Part shown: in pieces, positions 11,339-21,467 of the stretch
Numbering within the stretch: the first letter of the stretch is position 1
Layout: each line of letters begins with the position of its first letter
From: Rhodothermales bacterium
GTDB lineage: Bacteria; Bacteroidota; Rhodothermia; Rhodothermales; Bin80
DNA length: 64,000 nucleotides
Direction: 5' to 3'
NCBI GenBank assembly: GCA_965208025.1
Contig: OZ242302.1
Span: forward strand, 247,485 to 311,484
Translations under genes and position numbers: made by a program
Notes under the pieces: generated by a model
Told to the model about the DNA's origin: nothing
Database searches by the model: none
What the model saw: only the letters and a program-made list of their open reading frames with translations

Positions 11339-14300
11339 ATGCATAGACTGCCTTTGACATACCTCGGAGTGATCGTCAGTTTTTTTCTGATGTTCTTTGT
11401 GTTGGATGTCATGGCGCAGACAGAGGGCATTTGCGGTCGAACTCCAGAAGTATGGAAAGAGATTCTTACTGAAATTGAAGGTCAAAACAATTGTGCAGAC
11501 GTTACTGCCGACCAGTTAGAAAGCGTTACGAGTTTGCGATTATGGGGGGCCGAAGGGAAGATAGAATCATTGGAGTCAAATGACTTTGCTGGACTCCCCA
11601 ATTTGAAATCATTAGAGATTTCATATCATCCCGATCTTAGTGATTTGCCAGTAAATATTTTTAATTCTCTCCCCTTGGAATGGCTGACCGTGTCGAATAA
11701 TGATGGTCTTACCACCCTTCATGAGGATCTTTTTGACGGGCTTGACGAACTTAACAATCTTTACTTAGATAACAATTCTTTCGCCGAACTACCTCAAGAG
11801 ATTTTCCACGGGCTTGGCAGACTGAAACAATTGAGTTTAGACAGGAATCCTTTCGAAACTTTGCCTGAGAATATCTTTGCAGGTCTCACCCATTTGAATC
11901 GCCTTGATTTATTTGACAATTCTCTTGAAACCCTGCATGAGACTATCTTTGCAGATCTTCGCAGGTTGAAAGAACTGTTCTTACACAGGAATTCTCTCAA
12001 AACCCTCCCTGAGAATATCTTTGATGGTGTCGAAACAGATCAATTTATCCTTCGTCTTACTTATAACCCCATTGAATGCCTGCCTCAAAAGATTCTAAAT
12101 CTGGCAAGGGATGGGAAGATAGATTTATATCCTAGATATACGCCCTGTGCGATTCCCAAACCCATTGTAAGGCTAAAGTTAGAGCTGCCCATTATTATGG
12201 AGGAAACAGAGGAGAGTACGACCGTTACTGCATATCTGAGTGAAGAATTGAGCCAGGAAACGACAATTGAGGTGTCGGTCGATCCCGTATCTTCCACGGA
12301 TTACACATTGAGTTCCAACGTCAAACTCGCGATTGCCGCCGGGGAAACTGAGAGTACTGGAGAGGTGACCATTACGGCAGTGGACAATGATGTATACTCT
12401 GGAGATCGGATATTTCAGGTTGGAGGAACCGCGACGAGTACTGAGGAGGTTACGGGGCCGGAAGATGTAACGCTCACGATTACCGATGACGAAGTGGTTC
12501 CTACAGCCACGCTTACAGTGGAGCCTACCGAGGTTAATGAAGATGCGGGAAGTACAGTGGTCACTGTGATAGCTACATGGGACGTTGTGCGAGATCTTGA
12601 TACGGAGTTGACGATCTCGGTTGAACCGGGTACGGCGAATTTGGGGATAGACTTTGAACCTGTGCCCCCTGTATCTCTTACGATTTTGGCAAATGAGACG
12701 GTGGGAACGGAGACGTTTTCATTCAAACCTGTCTGGGATAACGTTGATGAACCGAGGGAGACAGTATTGGTTATGGGAAATAGCGATTTGGGGGCCGCAA
12801 CGCCGGCCACGCTCTGGCTCACCAATGTGGATCCCCCTCCAAAGGTAGCGTTAGAGTTATCCCCACCCTCCATTCCTGAATCTGGTGGAGAAACTACCGT
12901 TACTGCACGTCTAGACGCCGCATCAAGTGCGGAGACGACGATCATCATCTCCGCAGCTGCAATCTATCCGTCCATAAATTCGGATTATAGACTGAGTACC
13001 AACCCGACGCTGAAGATTGCCGCTGGAGAAACGATTAGTATGGGGGTGGTAAAGATCGCGGCATTGAATAATGATCTAGATGAACCCAATAAGATCGTGA
13101 CGGTGAGTGGCCAAGCGATGAATGCGGACGGGGTAACGGATCCTGAGGATGTAACGCTGACGATCACAGATGATGACAAGGCTATGATTGTCACGCTTAC
13201 GGTGGTGCCTCCCGAAGTACGTGAAGATATAGGAAGTGAAGTGATCACGGTGACGGCGACGCTGGATGTTGCGCGAAGCACCCACACTGACTTGCGGATT
13301 TCGGCGGAATCGGGCACCGCCATTTCAGGAGAGGATTTTATTGCTTTGCCTTCAATCCCTTTGACGATTCCTGCGAAGGAGAAGGAGGGAACCTGGACGT
13401 TTACACTCACGCCGATCGCAGATAACCTTGAAGAGCCTGATGAGGAGTTTAAAATTATTGGATCTACACTTGTGGAAGGTTTGCAGGTGAGCCCAGCCAC
13501 ACTTAAGCTAATTGATGCAGCCCCCATGCCAGAAGTGACGTTGATCTTAACTCCTGAAGCGATTTCGGAAGCTGGCAGTCGCACCCAGGTGACGGCGAGT
13601 CTAAGCCCATCGTCAAGCGAGGAAACGGTGATTGAGGTTTCGGTACTCCCCAATTCGCCTGCTACAACCAATGATTATACCTTGAGTCCTAACGTTACGC
13701 TCACCATCGCTCCAGGCAGATCTGAAAGTACGGGAGAGGTCATGATCACGGCCGTGGATAATAATATCTTCTCGTCGGAGGACAAGAAGGTGACGGTGCG
13801 GGGCCAGGTCACAAATAGGCAGGATGTGACGGATCCGTCGGATGTGATATTGACAATTCTGGATGATGACGAATTCACCGGGGTCACGCTTAATGTAGAA
13901 CCTCCTGAAGTGAATGAAGGCAATAAAACTACCGAGATCACGGTGACGGCGACGCTTGAGGCTCTGGGCAGTGAAGACGTAGAACTGATCGTTTCTGTAG
14001 CGGATGGCTCTGCCGTGGCAGGCGACGATTATCACGCAGTCCGCCCGTTTGAGTTAACGATCCAGGCTTTGGATCTGACAGGCTCCTCAACCTTTGATCT
14101 TACTCCAGTGGATGATTTTGTTTATGAGTCGCCCGAGACAATCTTGATCACGGCTGAAAGCCCTGCAGTTGGACCAGGCAAGGCCGGGACCTACCTTACC
14201 ATTCTGGACAACGATGAATTGATTACGCTGTCAATTCAGAATATTGTGGTTCCCGAAGAAATGGAGACGGTCCAAGTTCCCGTTGAGGTGAGTCCAGCAC

Positions 14301-17300
14301 CACCGAGAGACCTAACTATACCCTTTCAAACATTTGAACTGGATGCCAAAGAGGGAGAGGACTATCTAATTTCTCAAAATTTCTTCCTGATCCCTGCGGG
14401 GAAAACGGAGGCTTTCCTTAACATTCAAATCGTAGACGATCCAATCATGGAGTCCGCAGAGACGTTTGAGATCCAATTGTCGGAGGTGGAGGGCACGGTG
14501 CTGGATCCAGGCGAAGCAGTCGTGACGATTGAAGACAATGATTTGTATGAGTTACGGGTTGAGGATGATTCGGAACTTGAACATGAGTTAGAATTGAGTT
14601 TTACCGTGACGCTGGATCCACCGCACCCCACAGAGACGGTCACGGTTGAATATGAAACGATGGATGGGACGGCGCTGGCAACCGTGGACTATGAGCCCCA
14701 GAGCCGGACGCTGGAATTTCCGTCAGGTACATCCAGCCGAGAGGTAATTGTACGAATCATAGATGATGAGGAGCAAGAATCTCCTGAGACCTTCTTCTTG
14801 CAACTGTTTGAACCCAGGCATGCCGTATTGATTGAAACTGATGCGAAGGCGATTGGGACCATTCTTGATGATGATGCGCCCCCTATTGCGAATCTAGCGC
14901 CTTCGGTCACGGTGCGGGAAGATGAGGGGATCGCTCGCTTTGAAGTGATCTTGACGCATTCACTACCTGGGCGCCAGACGGAAATAAATTTTGACTTCAC
15001 GGATGGGACGGCAGAGGCATCTTTGGATTACAGAATGATTACGGAAAGCCCCCTCATCTTTCCTCTGGGGCAGACTGTGGAGTTCATTGAGGTAGAGATT
15101 CTGGATGATGAGTTCTATGAAGATGACGAAACATACCAGATCCAACTGACGGGAATAAATCATGGTGACTTAGGGCAATCCGTGGGACAGGGGATCATCA
15201 TTGATGATGAAGATCCAGTGACGGTGAGTATTTTGGATGTGGAAGTTACAGAGTCGATAGGGGAGGCGGTATTTCCAGTCATCCTGAGTGGTCAAGACAG
15301 CCGGGAGCGCACATTCACCTTCACAACCATAGATGAGACGGCCATAGCAGGAGAAGACTATGAAGCCATTGAGAGTGAGATCACGTTTCCATCCGGGACG
15401 GTACGCCAGGATATCTTTGTTTCAATCATCAACGATCTGGAAACCGAATCGACTGAAACCTTTCGGGTGCGTCTATCGGGGGATGGCTTGTCTGACGGGG
15501 AGGCGCAAGGAACGATTCAAGATGATGATGCGCCGCTCACGGTGAGTATCTATGATGAGCGCGCATCGGAGGGAGATGGTTCGCTTCTATTGCCAGTCAG
15601 GCTCAATCGGCCAAGTTCGCAGTTGATTACAGTCCAGTTTGCATCTTCGGACGAGACTGCAGAGGATGGATCGGATTATGTATCCTCGCAGGGGATCGTC
15701 ATCTTTGAACGGGGGAGTACCGAAGGCAAAATCCGTATTCAGATCTTGGAGGATTCGGAGGTGGAGTCCGAGGAGGCCTTTCGGGTAACGCTTTCCAGTG
15801 CAAGACATGCGGTCATTGCAAAGAGCATAGGGACCGGAACGATTCTAGATAATGACGGGAGTCCCGGTGTCTCGGTACGGGGCGTAACAGTGTCAAACCA
15901 TGCGGCATCGTTTGACGTGAGCTTATCCATGCCTTCTCAGGTACCTGTACTGGTCAGCTATACGACCGAAGACGGGAGTGCTTATGCAGGTGAGGACTAT
16001 GAACCGATAACTGGACAAATCACGTTTGCGCCTGGCGAATTATCCAAAAATATTGAAGTGAAGTTGCTCTCCAACGAACGAATCTGGGAGGCAAAGACCT
16101 TTTCTCTGGTCTTGCTTTCGGCCTTAAATGCGGACATCCAACAAACTCGCACGGAGGCAGTGATTGAAGAGGAGAGTGAAGAGAGCATCCTGAAATTTTA
16201 TGTTTCCAGAGTCCTCCGAACGTGGGCCTCGCAAGTCGTGGACGGATTATCTCGGCGAATGGAGGGGATGGCACAGTGCAGGGTTCCCGATTTATCGTGG
16301 CTCCAATATCGGACTGAGCGCCGATCTCTGGGGCAGATCTTCGGTCGATGTGGTACACAGTATACACACGGAGGATGGAGTATCTGGGGGCAAGGTGCCT
16401 TCACACGTATGAATGGCAGGGATGGAGCATTGTCCTTACGCTCAGACGTTTCAACCATGCTGGTGGGAGCAGACTATGTGTGGAGTCAGGGATGGATGGC
16501 GGGTCTCTTAGCCGCACACAGTTGGGATCAAGGCACCTATGATACCCCAACGGAGTCTGCTCCAGCATCTTCCAGATTCACAGGCTTCTATCCCTATGTC
16601 AGTTTCCAAACGGGCGCGGGGAGCCAAGCATGGATGCTCTTGGGGCTGGGACGCGGCGATACAGAGCTCAAAACAATTGAATCTGGAATAGATGCTACGT
16701 TAGTTGCTGCGTTAGTTGCATTGGGATTGACGGGAACCCTGACTGGTAGTACCACACTGCGGCTAGGCTACGAAGTAGATGCCTTTTGGGCCATCGCAGA
16801 TGGGGAGTATGGATCGGATCTGGGCGTACGTCGAATCCGTGCTGGTGTAGAGGGAAGTCTACGATTAGGATCAGGTATGGAGCCATACATAGAAGCTGCC
16901 CTTCGTCAAGATGGAGGGGATGCCGAGACTGGGATGGGAATGGAATTGGGTGGTGGTGTACGCTGGTTAAGAAGCAGACTTCATGCGGAGTTTAGGGGGC
17001 GTACCTTGGTGCTGCATACGGATGAGGGAGTTCAAGAATGGGGGGTAATGGGGTCCATTGAGTATGGAAATCCAGGCGGACTGGGGCCTTCCATGCGGGT
17101 GCAACCTCTGTGGGGGAATGTGTATGGCGGAAATCTTTGGCGAGAAGCACCACTACATTCTATGTCACTGGCTAGTTCGAATCAACGGGTAGAGATGGAA
17201 CTGGGGTATGGAACACCGATCAGGAAAAGTCTTGGTCAATCGATCGTTGGAATGACGATAGATCCCAACATGCGAGCCTATCGGGTCGGATATAACCTAC

Positions 17301-17410
17301 GTTTGAGCCAAGGATTCCAATTCTCGGTAGCCACCACCGCACGAACCACGGAAGCAAACTGGACTCCCCACTCGTATGGTCTTGCTGCACGCTTGGACTT
17401 GAGATGGTAA
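11339..17410 (+). CDS. Giant surface protein, paralogue of 6166..10323: signal peptide + LRRs + expanded Calx-beta-like array + autotransporter-like beta-barrel
   Basis: 2023-aa ORF collinear with the 1385-aa protein. It has the same N-terminus (MHRLPLTYLGVIVSFFLMFF...AQTEGICGRTPEV vs MRRFSSSYLGMAVVVFLLFF...AQTANICDRTEQV), LRR block and acidic DDxxxExxExF modules. The C-terminal ~430 aa are about 70-80 percent identical by eye and end in AARLDLRW. Confidence 0.88.
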   Translation: MHRLPLTYLGVIVSFFLMFFVLDVMAQTEGICGRTPEVWKEILTEIEGQNNCADVTADQLESVTSLRLWGAEGKIESLESNDFAGLPNLKSLEISYHPDLSDLPVNIFNSLPLEWLTVSNNDGLTTLHEDLFDGLDELNNLYLDNNSFAELPQEIFHGLGRLKQLSLDRNPFETLPENIFAGLTHLNRLDLFDNSLETLHETIFADLRRLKELFLHRNSLKTLPENIFDGVETDQFILRLTYNPIECLPQKILNLARDGKIDLYPRYTPCAIPKPIVRLKLELPIIMEETEESTTVTAYLSEELSQETTIEVSVDPVSSTDYTLSSNVKLAIAAGETESTGEVTITAVDNDVYSGDRIFQVGGTATSTEEVTGPEDVTLTITDDEVVPTATLTVEPTEVNEDAGSTVVTVIATWDVVRDLDTELTISVEPGTANLGIDFEPVPPVSLTILANETVGTETFSFKPVWDNVDEPRETVLVMGNSDLGAATPATLWLTNVDPPPKVALELSPPSIPESGGETTVTARLDAASSAETTIIISAAAIYPSINSDYRLSTNPTLKIAAGETISMGVVKIAALNNDLDEPNKIVTVSGQAMNADGVTDPEDVTLTITDDDKAMIVTLTVVPPEVREDIGSEVITVTATLDVARSTHTDLRISAESGTAISGEDFIALPSIPLTIPAKEKEGTWTFTLTPIADNLEEPDEEFKIIGSTLVEGLQVSPATLKLIDAAPMPEVTLILTPEAISEAGSRTQVTASLSPSSSEETVIEVSVLPNSPATTNDYTLSPNVTLTIAPGRSESTGEVMITAVDNNIFSSEDKKVTVRGQVTNRQDVTDPSDVILTILDDDEFTGVTLNVEPPEVNEGNKTTEITVTATLEALGSEDVELIVSVADGSAVAGDDYHAVRPFELTIQALDLTGSSTFDLTPVDDFVYESPETILITAESPAVGPGKAGTYLTILDNDELITLSIQNIVVPEEMETVQVPVEVSPAPPRDLTIPFQTFELDAKEGEDYLISQNFFLIPAGKTEAFLNIQIVDDPIMESAETFEIQLSEVEGTVLDPGEAVVTIEDNDLYELRVEDDSELEHELELSFTVTLDPPHPTETVTVEYETMDGTALATVDYEPQSRTLEFPSGTSSREVIVRIIDDEEQESPETFFLQLFEPRHAVLIETDAKAIGTILDDDAPPIANLAPSVTVREDEGIARFEVILTHSLPGRQTEINFDFTDGTAEASLDYRMITESPLIFPLGQTVEFIEVEILDDEFYEDDETYQIQLTGINHGDLGQSVGQGIIIDDEDPVTVSILDVEVTESIGEAVFPVILSGQDSRERTFTFTTIDETAIAGEDYEAIESEITFPSGTVRQDIFVSIINDLETESTETFRVRLSGDGLSDGEAQGTIQDDDAPLTVSIYDERASEGDGSLLLPVRLNRPSSQLITVQFASSDETAEDGSDYVSSQGIVIFERGSTEGKIRIQILEDSEVESEEAFRVTLSSARHAVIAKSIGTGTILDNDGSPGVSVRGVTVSNHAASFDVSLSMPSQVPVLVSYTTEDGSAYAGEDYEPITGQITFAPGELSKNIEVKLLSNERIWEAKTFSLVLLSALNADIQQTRTEAVIEEESEESILKFYVSRVLRTWASQVVDGLSRRMEGMAQCRVPDLSWLQYRTERRSLGQIFGRCGTQYTHGGWSIWGQGAFTRMNGRDGALSLRSDVSTMLVGADYVWSQGWMAGLLAAHSWDQGTYDTPTESAPASSRFTGFYPYVSFQTGAGSQAWMLLGLGRGDTELKTIESGIDATLVAALVALGLTGTLTGSTTLRLGYEVDAFWAIADGEYGSDLGVRRIRAGVEGSLRLGSGMEPYIEAALRQDGGDAETGMGMELGGGVRWLRSRLHAEFRGRTLVLHTDEGVQEWGVMGSIEYGNPGGLGPSMRVQPLWGNVYGGNLWREAPLHSMSLASSNQRVEMELGYGTPIRKSLGQSIVGMTIDPNMRAYRVGYNLRLSQGFQFSVATTARTTEANWTPHSYGLAARLDLRW
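12167..14218 (+). repeat. Intragenic tandem triplication of a ~225-230-aa two-domain module
   Basis: Three consecutive copies start at aa ~277 (VRLKLELPIIMEETEESTTVTAYLS), ~501 (PKVALELSPPSIPESGGETTVTARLD) and ~731 (PEVTLILTPEAISEAGSRTQVTASLS). Each contains ...ITAVDN...VT(G/D)PxDVTLTIxDDx followed by ...TVTATxxVxxxxxxxLxISxxxGTAxxGxDF.... The 1385-aa paralogue has only one copy of the first half-module. Confidence 0.8.
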
Positions 17411-17725
17411 TTCATCTAAATCATCGGTTCATGCGTGGACCCAAAAATCACTTGATCTACATTCATACTGTAAGGAATTAGTACACCTCTACGAAATTAT
17501 ACATTTAGATTCCCCACACTCCATGTCATACGACCTATTCGCTCGCACATTTTATATGGATACCATCCTCTCACGAGACAGATCAAGCGCCTTCAAATTC
17601 TATTATATCTAACTGCATGGAGATCTATTTATGAGCATCTAATCCATCATTTTCACTCAGAGATTCACAGCTTATTATCTCTAATCCTGAAGCACAATTT
17701 GCGAAAAAGCCTCTAATAGAGTACG

Positions 17726-18574
17726 ATGATTCTTGAAGGCATCTATACGTATCCGATAAAGTCAACTCGTCGATTACAGCATCAACATGCGCGAGTGAAG
17801 CCTTGGGGGCTGGAAGGTGATCGGCGATGGATGATCGTAGATCATGATGCCCAATTCCTTACGCAGCGTGAAATTCCTCGCTTATCATTAATCCAGGCAG
17901 TGCCGCAGAGTGGTGGCAACTTACTTCTTTCCGCTGAGGGAAATGAAAGTATCATCGCTCGGGTACCAGAGAAGCAAGCCCCACAGATGATGGTTTCAGT
18001 GTGGCAGGATACAGTACCAGCCCAGATTGCATCCAATGATATAAATACATGGCTTACAGAGTTCTTGAACCGTCCAGTTTTTTTAGTTTACATGCAAGAT
18101 CCCACAGCAAGGTTGGCAGATCCGAAGTATGCCAAAGCTGGTAGCGTTGTCTCATTTGCGGATGGCTATCCCTTATTATGTACCACAAATGCTTCGTTGA
18201 TGGATCTGAATCAAAGATTACCTGAGCCGATTTCCATGGAACGATTTAGACCGAATGTGGTCGTGACAGGAGATCAACCGTTTGGTGAAGATTTATGGAA
18301 ACGTATCCGAATCGGAGAAGTCAAATTTTCTGTGGTCAAGTCATGCACTCGATGTGTGATCACAACCATTGATCAAGATACGGCAGCACAAGGCAAGGAG
18401 CCTCTACGTACATTAAGTACGTTTCGTAAAAGAGGTGGGAACGTCTATTTTGGAGAAAATCTGGTTCCAGAAAACACAGGTATGATTCACATGGGAGATC
18501 CTGTGGAGATCCTGGAATTCAGATCTCAAAGGGCCCAGTTTACAGATGGAGCAATTCGGGGCTTAACTGATTAA
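17726..18574 (+). CDS. MOSC domain protein (YcbX-like, N-terminal beta-barrel + MOSC)
   Basis: 282 aa. YPIKS start, a DGYPLL block, RFRPN and SCTRCVITTIDQDT (conserved Cys) are typical of MOSC sulfurase-like proteins. Confidence 0.8.
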   Translation: MILEGIYTYPIKSTRRLQHQHARVKPWGLEGDRRWMIVDHDAQFLTQREIPRLSLIQAVPQSGGNLLLSAEGNESIIARVPEKQAPQMMVSVWQDTVPAQIASNDINTWLTEFLNRPVFLVYMQDPTARLADPKYAKAGSVVSFADGYPLLCTTNASLMDLNQRLPEPISMERFRPNVVVTGDQPFGEDLWKRIRIGEVKFSVVKSCTRCVITTIDQDTAAQGKEPLRTLSTFRKRGGNVYFGENLVPENTGMIHMGDPVEILEFRSQRAQFTDGAIRGLTD

Positions 18575-18662
18575 ATCGGTCATATCAAACGCATCTGAAC
18601 TTTCCTTACTCTATTTTACAAGTCTGGAGCATGTGCTTCTCTCCACAGGGTGAACGGGTAGC

Positions 18663-19163
18663 ATGAAAGCACATGTGCTTGTGTTAAATCACGACTATAG
18701 TGCACTTACAGTATGTACGGTGCGCCGGGCGGTGATCCTTGTTCACTTAAACAAAGCTGATCTTGTTGAGAGTGCTCCAGACTTTTTTCTCAGGTCACCA
18801 TCCACCACATTTCCGTGTCCCAGTATTGTCAGGCTTCGGGGTTATGTGCGGGTTCCTTATCGAAACATCATGATCTCCCGTAAGAATATCCTCCGAAGAG
18901 ATGGACATCGGTGTCAATTTTGTGGTCGCCGCGAGTCATTAACCGTTGATCATGTACTACCCAAGTCCAGAGGTGGAAAAGATCACTGGACAAACTTGGT
19001 TGCCGCTTGTATATCATGCAATAACCGTAAAGGAGATCGGACTCCCGAGGAGGCAAATATGCCACTTCTTCGCAAACCTTTTCGACCTAGCCATGTCATG
19101 TTTATTCGGGATTATGTTGGTTCCGTCGAAGAGACCTGGAAACCATATTTATTCCTAACCTGA
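18663..19163 (+). CDS. HNH endonuclease family protein
   Basis: CQFCG...TVDHVLPKSRGGKDHWTNLVAACISCNNRKG is a complete HNH/zinc-knuckle signature. Confidence 0.85.
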   Translation: MKAHVLVLNHDYSALTVCTVRRAVILVHLNKADLVESAPDFFLRSPSTTFPCPSIVRLRGYVRVPYRNIMISRKNILRRDGHRCQFCGRRESLTVDHVLPKSRGGKDHWTNLVAACISCNNRKGDRTPEEANMPLLRKPFRPSHVMFIRDYVGSVEETWKPYLFLT

Positions 19164-19175
19164 GTGCTCTAACTC

Positions 19176-19622
19176 ATGGTTCGTATCATTGCATTAATCT
19201 TTTGGGTTGTCCCAGTGGGACTTATCTGTCTGTCCATCAATCAAGGGTTGGTTGCAGGACAACTCCGTAATACTTGGAATAATGGTGAATTAGCCATTGC
19301 AAAAGTGGATAAATTTGAGACAACGAATCGAGCAGATGTGACCTATGGCTATATTAACCTCCGAGTGGAATTATCAAACGGAGAACTCATAGAACGCAAA
19401 AAAATGTCTCTCCCTCAATCACTCTGGCCTCGTGTGAAGGGGCAGGATTCTCTGCGTGTATATGTAAAGCGGGAGACAGCCCAGGAAATTGTTATTGATG
19501 ACCTGATGCCGGCTCACTGGCTGATAGCTGTGTCGCAGATGGGCATAAGCCTATTCGGCGCACTGTTGTCGGGAGTATTCGCGTTCCTCTGGAACAGATC
19601 TCTTCGCCAAAAACAGGATTAA
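19176..19622 (+). CDS. Small membrane protein (two terminal TM helices flanking a soluble beta-rich segment, DUF3592-like layout)
   Basis: 148-aa ORF with hydrophobic N-terminus (IIALIFWVVPVGLICL) and C-terminus (WLIAVSQMGISLFGALLSGVFAFLW). No catalytic motifs. Confidence 0.5.
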   Translation: MVRIIALIFWVVPVGLICLSINQGLVAGQLRNTWNNGELAIAKVDKFETTNRADVTYGYINLRVELSNGELIERKKMSLPQSLWPRVKGQDSLRVYVKRETAQEIVIDDLMPAHWLIAVSQMGISLFGALLSGVFAFLWNRSLRQKQD

Positions 19623-19625
19623 ACC

Positions 19626-20654
19626 CTATCGGATGATGGGACCTGCGGGAGAGCGAGGTTCATCAGGGTATAGATCTCCAACCCACTCATCGTACCCGTT
19701 GAAAAGTTGAGTCCGAACTCTTTGTTCTACTTCTTCACTTTGGAGAAATCGCTCTGAAGCCTGTGTCCATCTAGGATGAGGAATGTTCGGGTTTACATTT
19801 GAGAGAAACCCATATTCTTTTGGCTGCAATTCATTCCAAAATGTACTAGGCTGTTTACGAGTGAACTCAATACGGGTCAAAGCCTTAGGGCCTTTGTATC
19901 CATATTTCCATGGGAGGACCAGACGAAGAGGGGAGCCATTCTGTTTTGGGAGAGGCTCACCGTACATTCCAACGGCTACAAAGGCCAATTCATTCATTGC
20001 CTCCTCCATGCGTAGGCCCTCAAAATATGGCCAAGGGTACCATGTTGCTTTCTTTTGTCCCGGCAACTGATCTGGACGTGAGACGCAGGTAAATTTGACA
20101 TGGGTTGCCGATGATTTCGGATTACATTTTTGAATCAGGCTGGAGAGCGGGAAACCTGTCCATGGAATTGTCATTGACCACGCCTCAACACATCTGAACC
20201 GGTAGACTCGCTCTTCCAGTGGCATGGACTGAATCAGCTCAACTAGATCCCATGTTTGTTTCTTTTCAACTTCCCCCTGAATCTGTAACGTCCATGGGAA
20301 GGGTTCGTAGTCATCGACCAGAGGCCACACATTTTTTAAGTCCCCCTGGTTGATGAACTCGTAGAAATTATTATAGGATGAAGCTAGAATACGTTCAGTC
20401 ATTTCGCGCTCGGGAACCTGAAACACTTCATTCCGTGCAGCCGGAAACCCATCCCGAGGTGCATTATCAGGAATCTTGTCTAATGGGCCACCAATAACAT
20501 TCTGGCTTTGGGCTGTGCAGCCCCCTAACGCTGCAATACCAATGGTGCCTAACCCTAATGATTTTATAAATTTGCGGCGATTCGTGTAAGCAGACTTTGA
20601 AGTGCAAGTGTTTTCCTTGAGTGCCCAACCTGGGGAGAGAATCACGTTTGCCAT
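19626..20654 (-). CDS. msrP: Periplasmic protein-methionine-sulfoxide reductase catalytic subunit (molybdopterin, YedY/MsrP family)
   Basis: Twin-arginine signal (NRRKFIKSLGLGTIGIAALGG). Sulfite-oxidase-fold blocks are conserved (FRCVEAWSMTIPWTGFPL, GSPLRLVLPWKYGYKGPK). Confidence 0.85.
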   Translation of the reverse strand: MANVILSPGWALKENTCTSKSAYTNRRKFIKSLGLGTIGIAALGGCTAQSQNVIGGPLDKIPDNAPRDGFPAARNEVFQVPEREMTERILASSYNNFYEFINQGDLKNVWPLVDDYEPFPWTLQIQGEVEKKQTWDLVELIQSMPLEERVYRFRCVEAWSMTIPWTGFPLSSLIQKCNPKSSATHVKFTCVSRPDQLPGQKKATWYPWPYFEGLRMEEAMNELAFVAVGMYGEPLPKQNGSPLRLVLPWKYGYKGPKALTRIEFTRKQPSTFWNELQPKEYGFLSNVNPNIPHPRWTQASERFLQSEEVEQRVRTQLFNGYDEWVGDLYPDEPRSPAGPIIR

Positions 20655-20699
20655 TAAATAAGGATTTAATAAATTTACTTGTACATATTCAAAAGATAA

Positions 20700-21407
20700 A
20701 TGAAAGATCCCAAAGCATTTAATTTTGATGGCGAATACGGTGAGGAGTACAATGAACTTGCAAGTCGTGTCATCCCTGGATACGATGAGTTATTTGTGGC
20801 CACACTTGCTCTCTTGCAAGAGCGCTTAGGCCCCGAAGCCCGCATATTAATCGTGGGATGCGGAACGGGTCAAGAAATTGAAGTGTTTGCTCCGCAATCT
20901 GAGGGTTGGGAATTTGATTGTGTAGACCCATCCCCCTCTATGGTTGAATTTTCTCGACAGGTAGCTGATCGTATAGGTGTCTCTTCAAGGGTCAACTTCC
21001 ACCATTCATATACTCACGAATTGGGTCATGACAAATTATTCGATGCTGCGACGGTGATCAATGTAATGCACTTTCTCGAGGATGACGGATCTAAGGATGC
21101 TCTAATGCAGAGCGTTGCACAGCGAGTTAAGCCAAGTGGAACGGTAATCCTCTTTGATCTTCATGGAGATCCCGATCAGGCCTATTTCAAATTATTCTAT
21201 GATGCCTGGAAGCGCTATATGGATCTTCGAGGATACACTGGCAAAAAGAAGGAACACCTATTACAAAGACTTGAATCCGGAATCGCTTATGTAGATCAAG
21301 ATCGAATTATTCAGATATGTAGCGATGCAGGTCTGCAATTGATTCATCCTTTCTGGGGCGGGCTGCTTTATACAGGTTGGCTCCTTGAACGAAGTCAAGT
21401 AGCCTAG
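20700..21407 (+). CDS. Class I SAM-dependent methyltransferase
   Basis: Motif I ILIVGCGTGQE, followed by the acidic post-I residue and an NVMHFL block. Confidence 0.75.
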   Translation: MKDPKAFNFDGEYGEEYNELASRVIPGYDELFVATLALLQERLGPEARILIVGCGTGQEIEVFAPQSEGWEFDCVDPSPSMVEFSRQVADRIGVSSRVNFHHSYTHELGHDKLFDAATVINVMHFLEDDGSKDALMQSVAQRVKPSGTVILFDLHGDPDQAYFKLFYDAWKRYMDLRGYTGKKKEHLLQRLESGIAYVDQDRIIQICSDAGLQLIHPFWGGLLYTGWLLERSQVA

Positions 21408-21467
21408 GGGAAGTTCCCCACTCGGCTCTCACAGAACCGTGCGCGAGCCTCTCAACTCACACGGCTT
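21399..21467 (-). ncRNA. Group II intron domain V (21434-21467) and domain VI (21399-21430)
   Basis: The minus strand reads AAGCCGUGUGAGUUGAGAGGCUCGCGCACGGUUC, exactly 34 nt. It has the AGC catalytic triad, a 9-bp lower stem (incl. G-U pairs), a 2-nt 3'-side bulge (GC), a 5-bp upper stem and a GAGA (GNRA) tetraloop. This is the same architecture as the ai5-gamma DV GAGCCGUAUGCGAUGAAAGUCGCACGUACGGUUC. After a UGU linker comes a hairpin, GAGAGCCGAGUGGGGAACUUCCCCUAGGCUAC. It has an unpaired A 7 nt from the end and a terminal AC, as expected for a branch-point DVI and 3' splice site. Confidence 0.85.

Noticed and set aside
19626-20654. msrP without an adjacent msrQ.
   Set aside because: The partner haem protein may be encoded elsewhere or replaced. 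The absence cannot be evaluated from one window and is not unusual enough to report as a finding.
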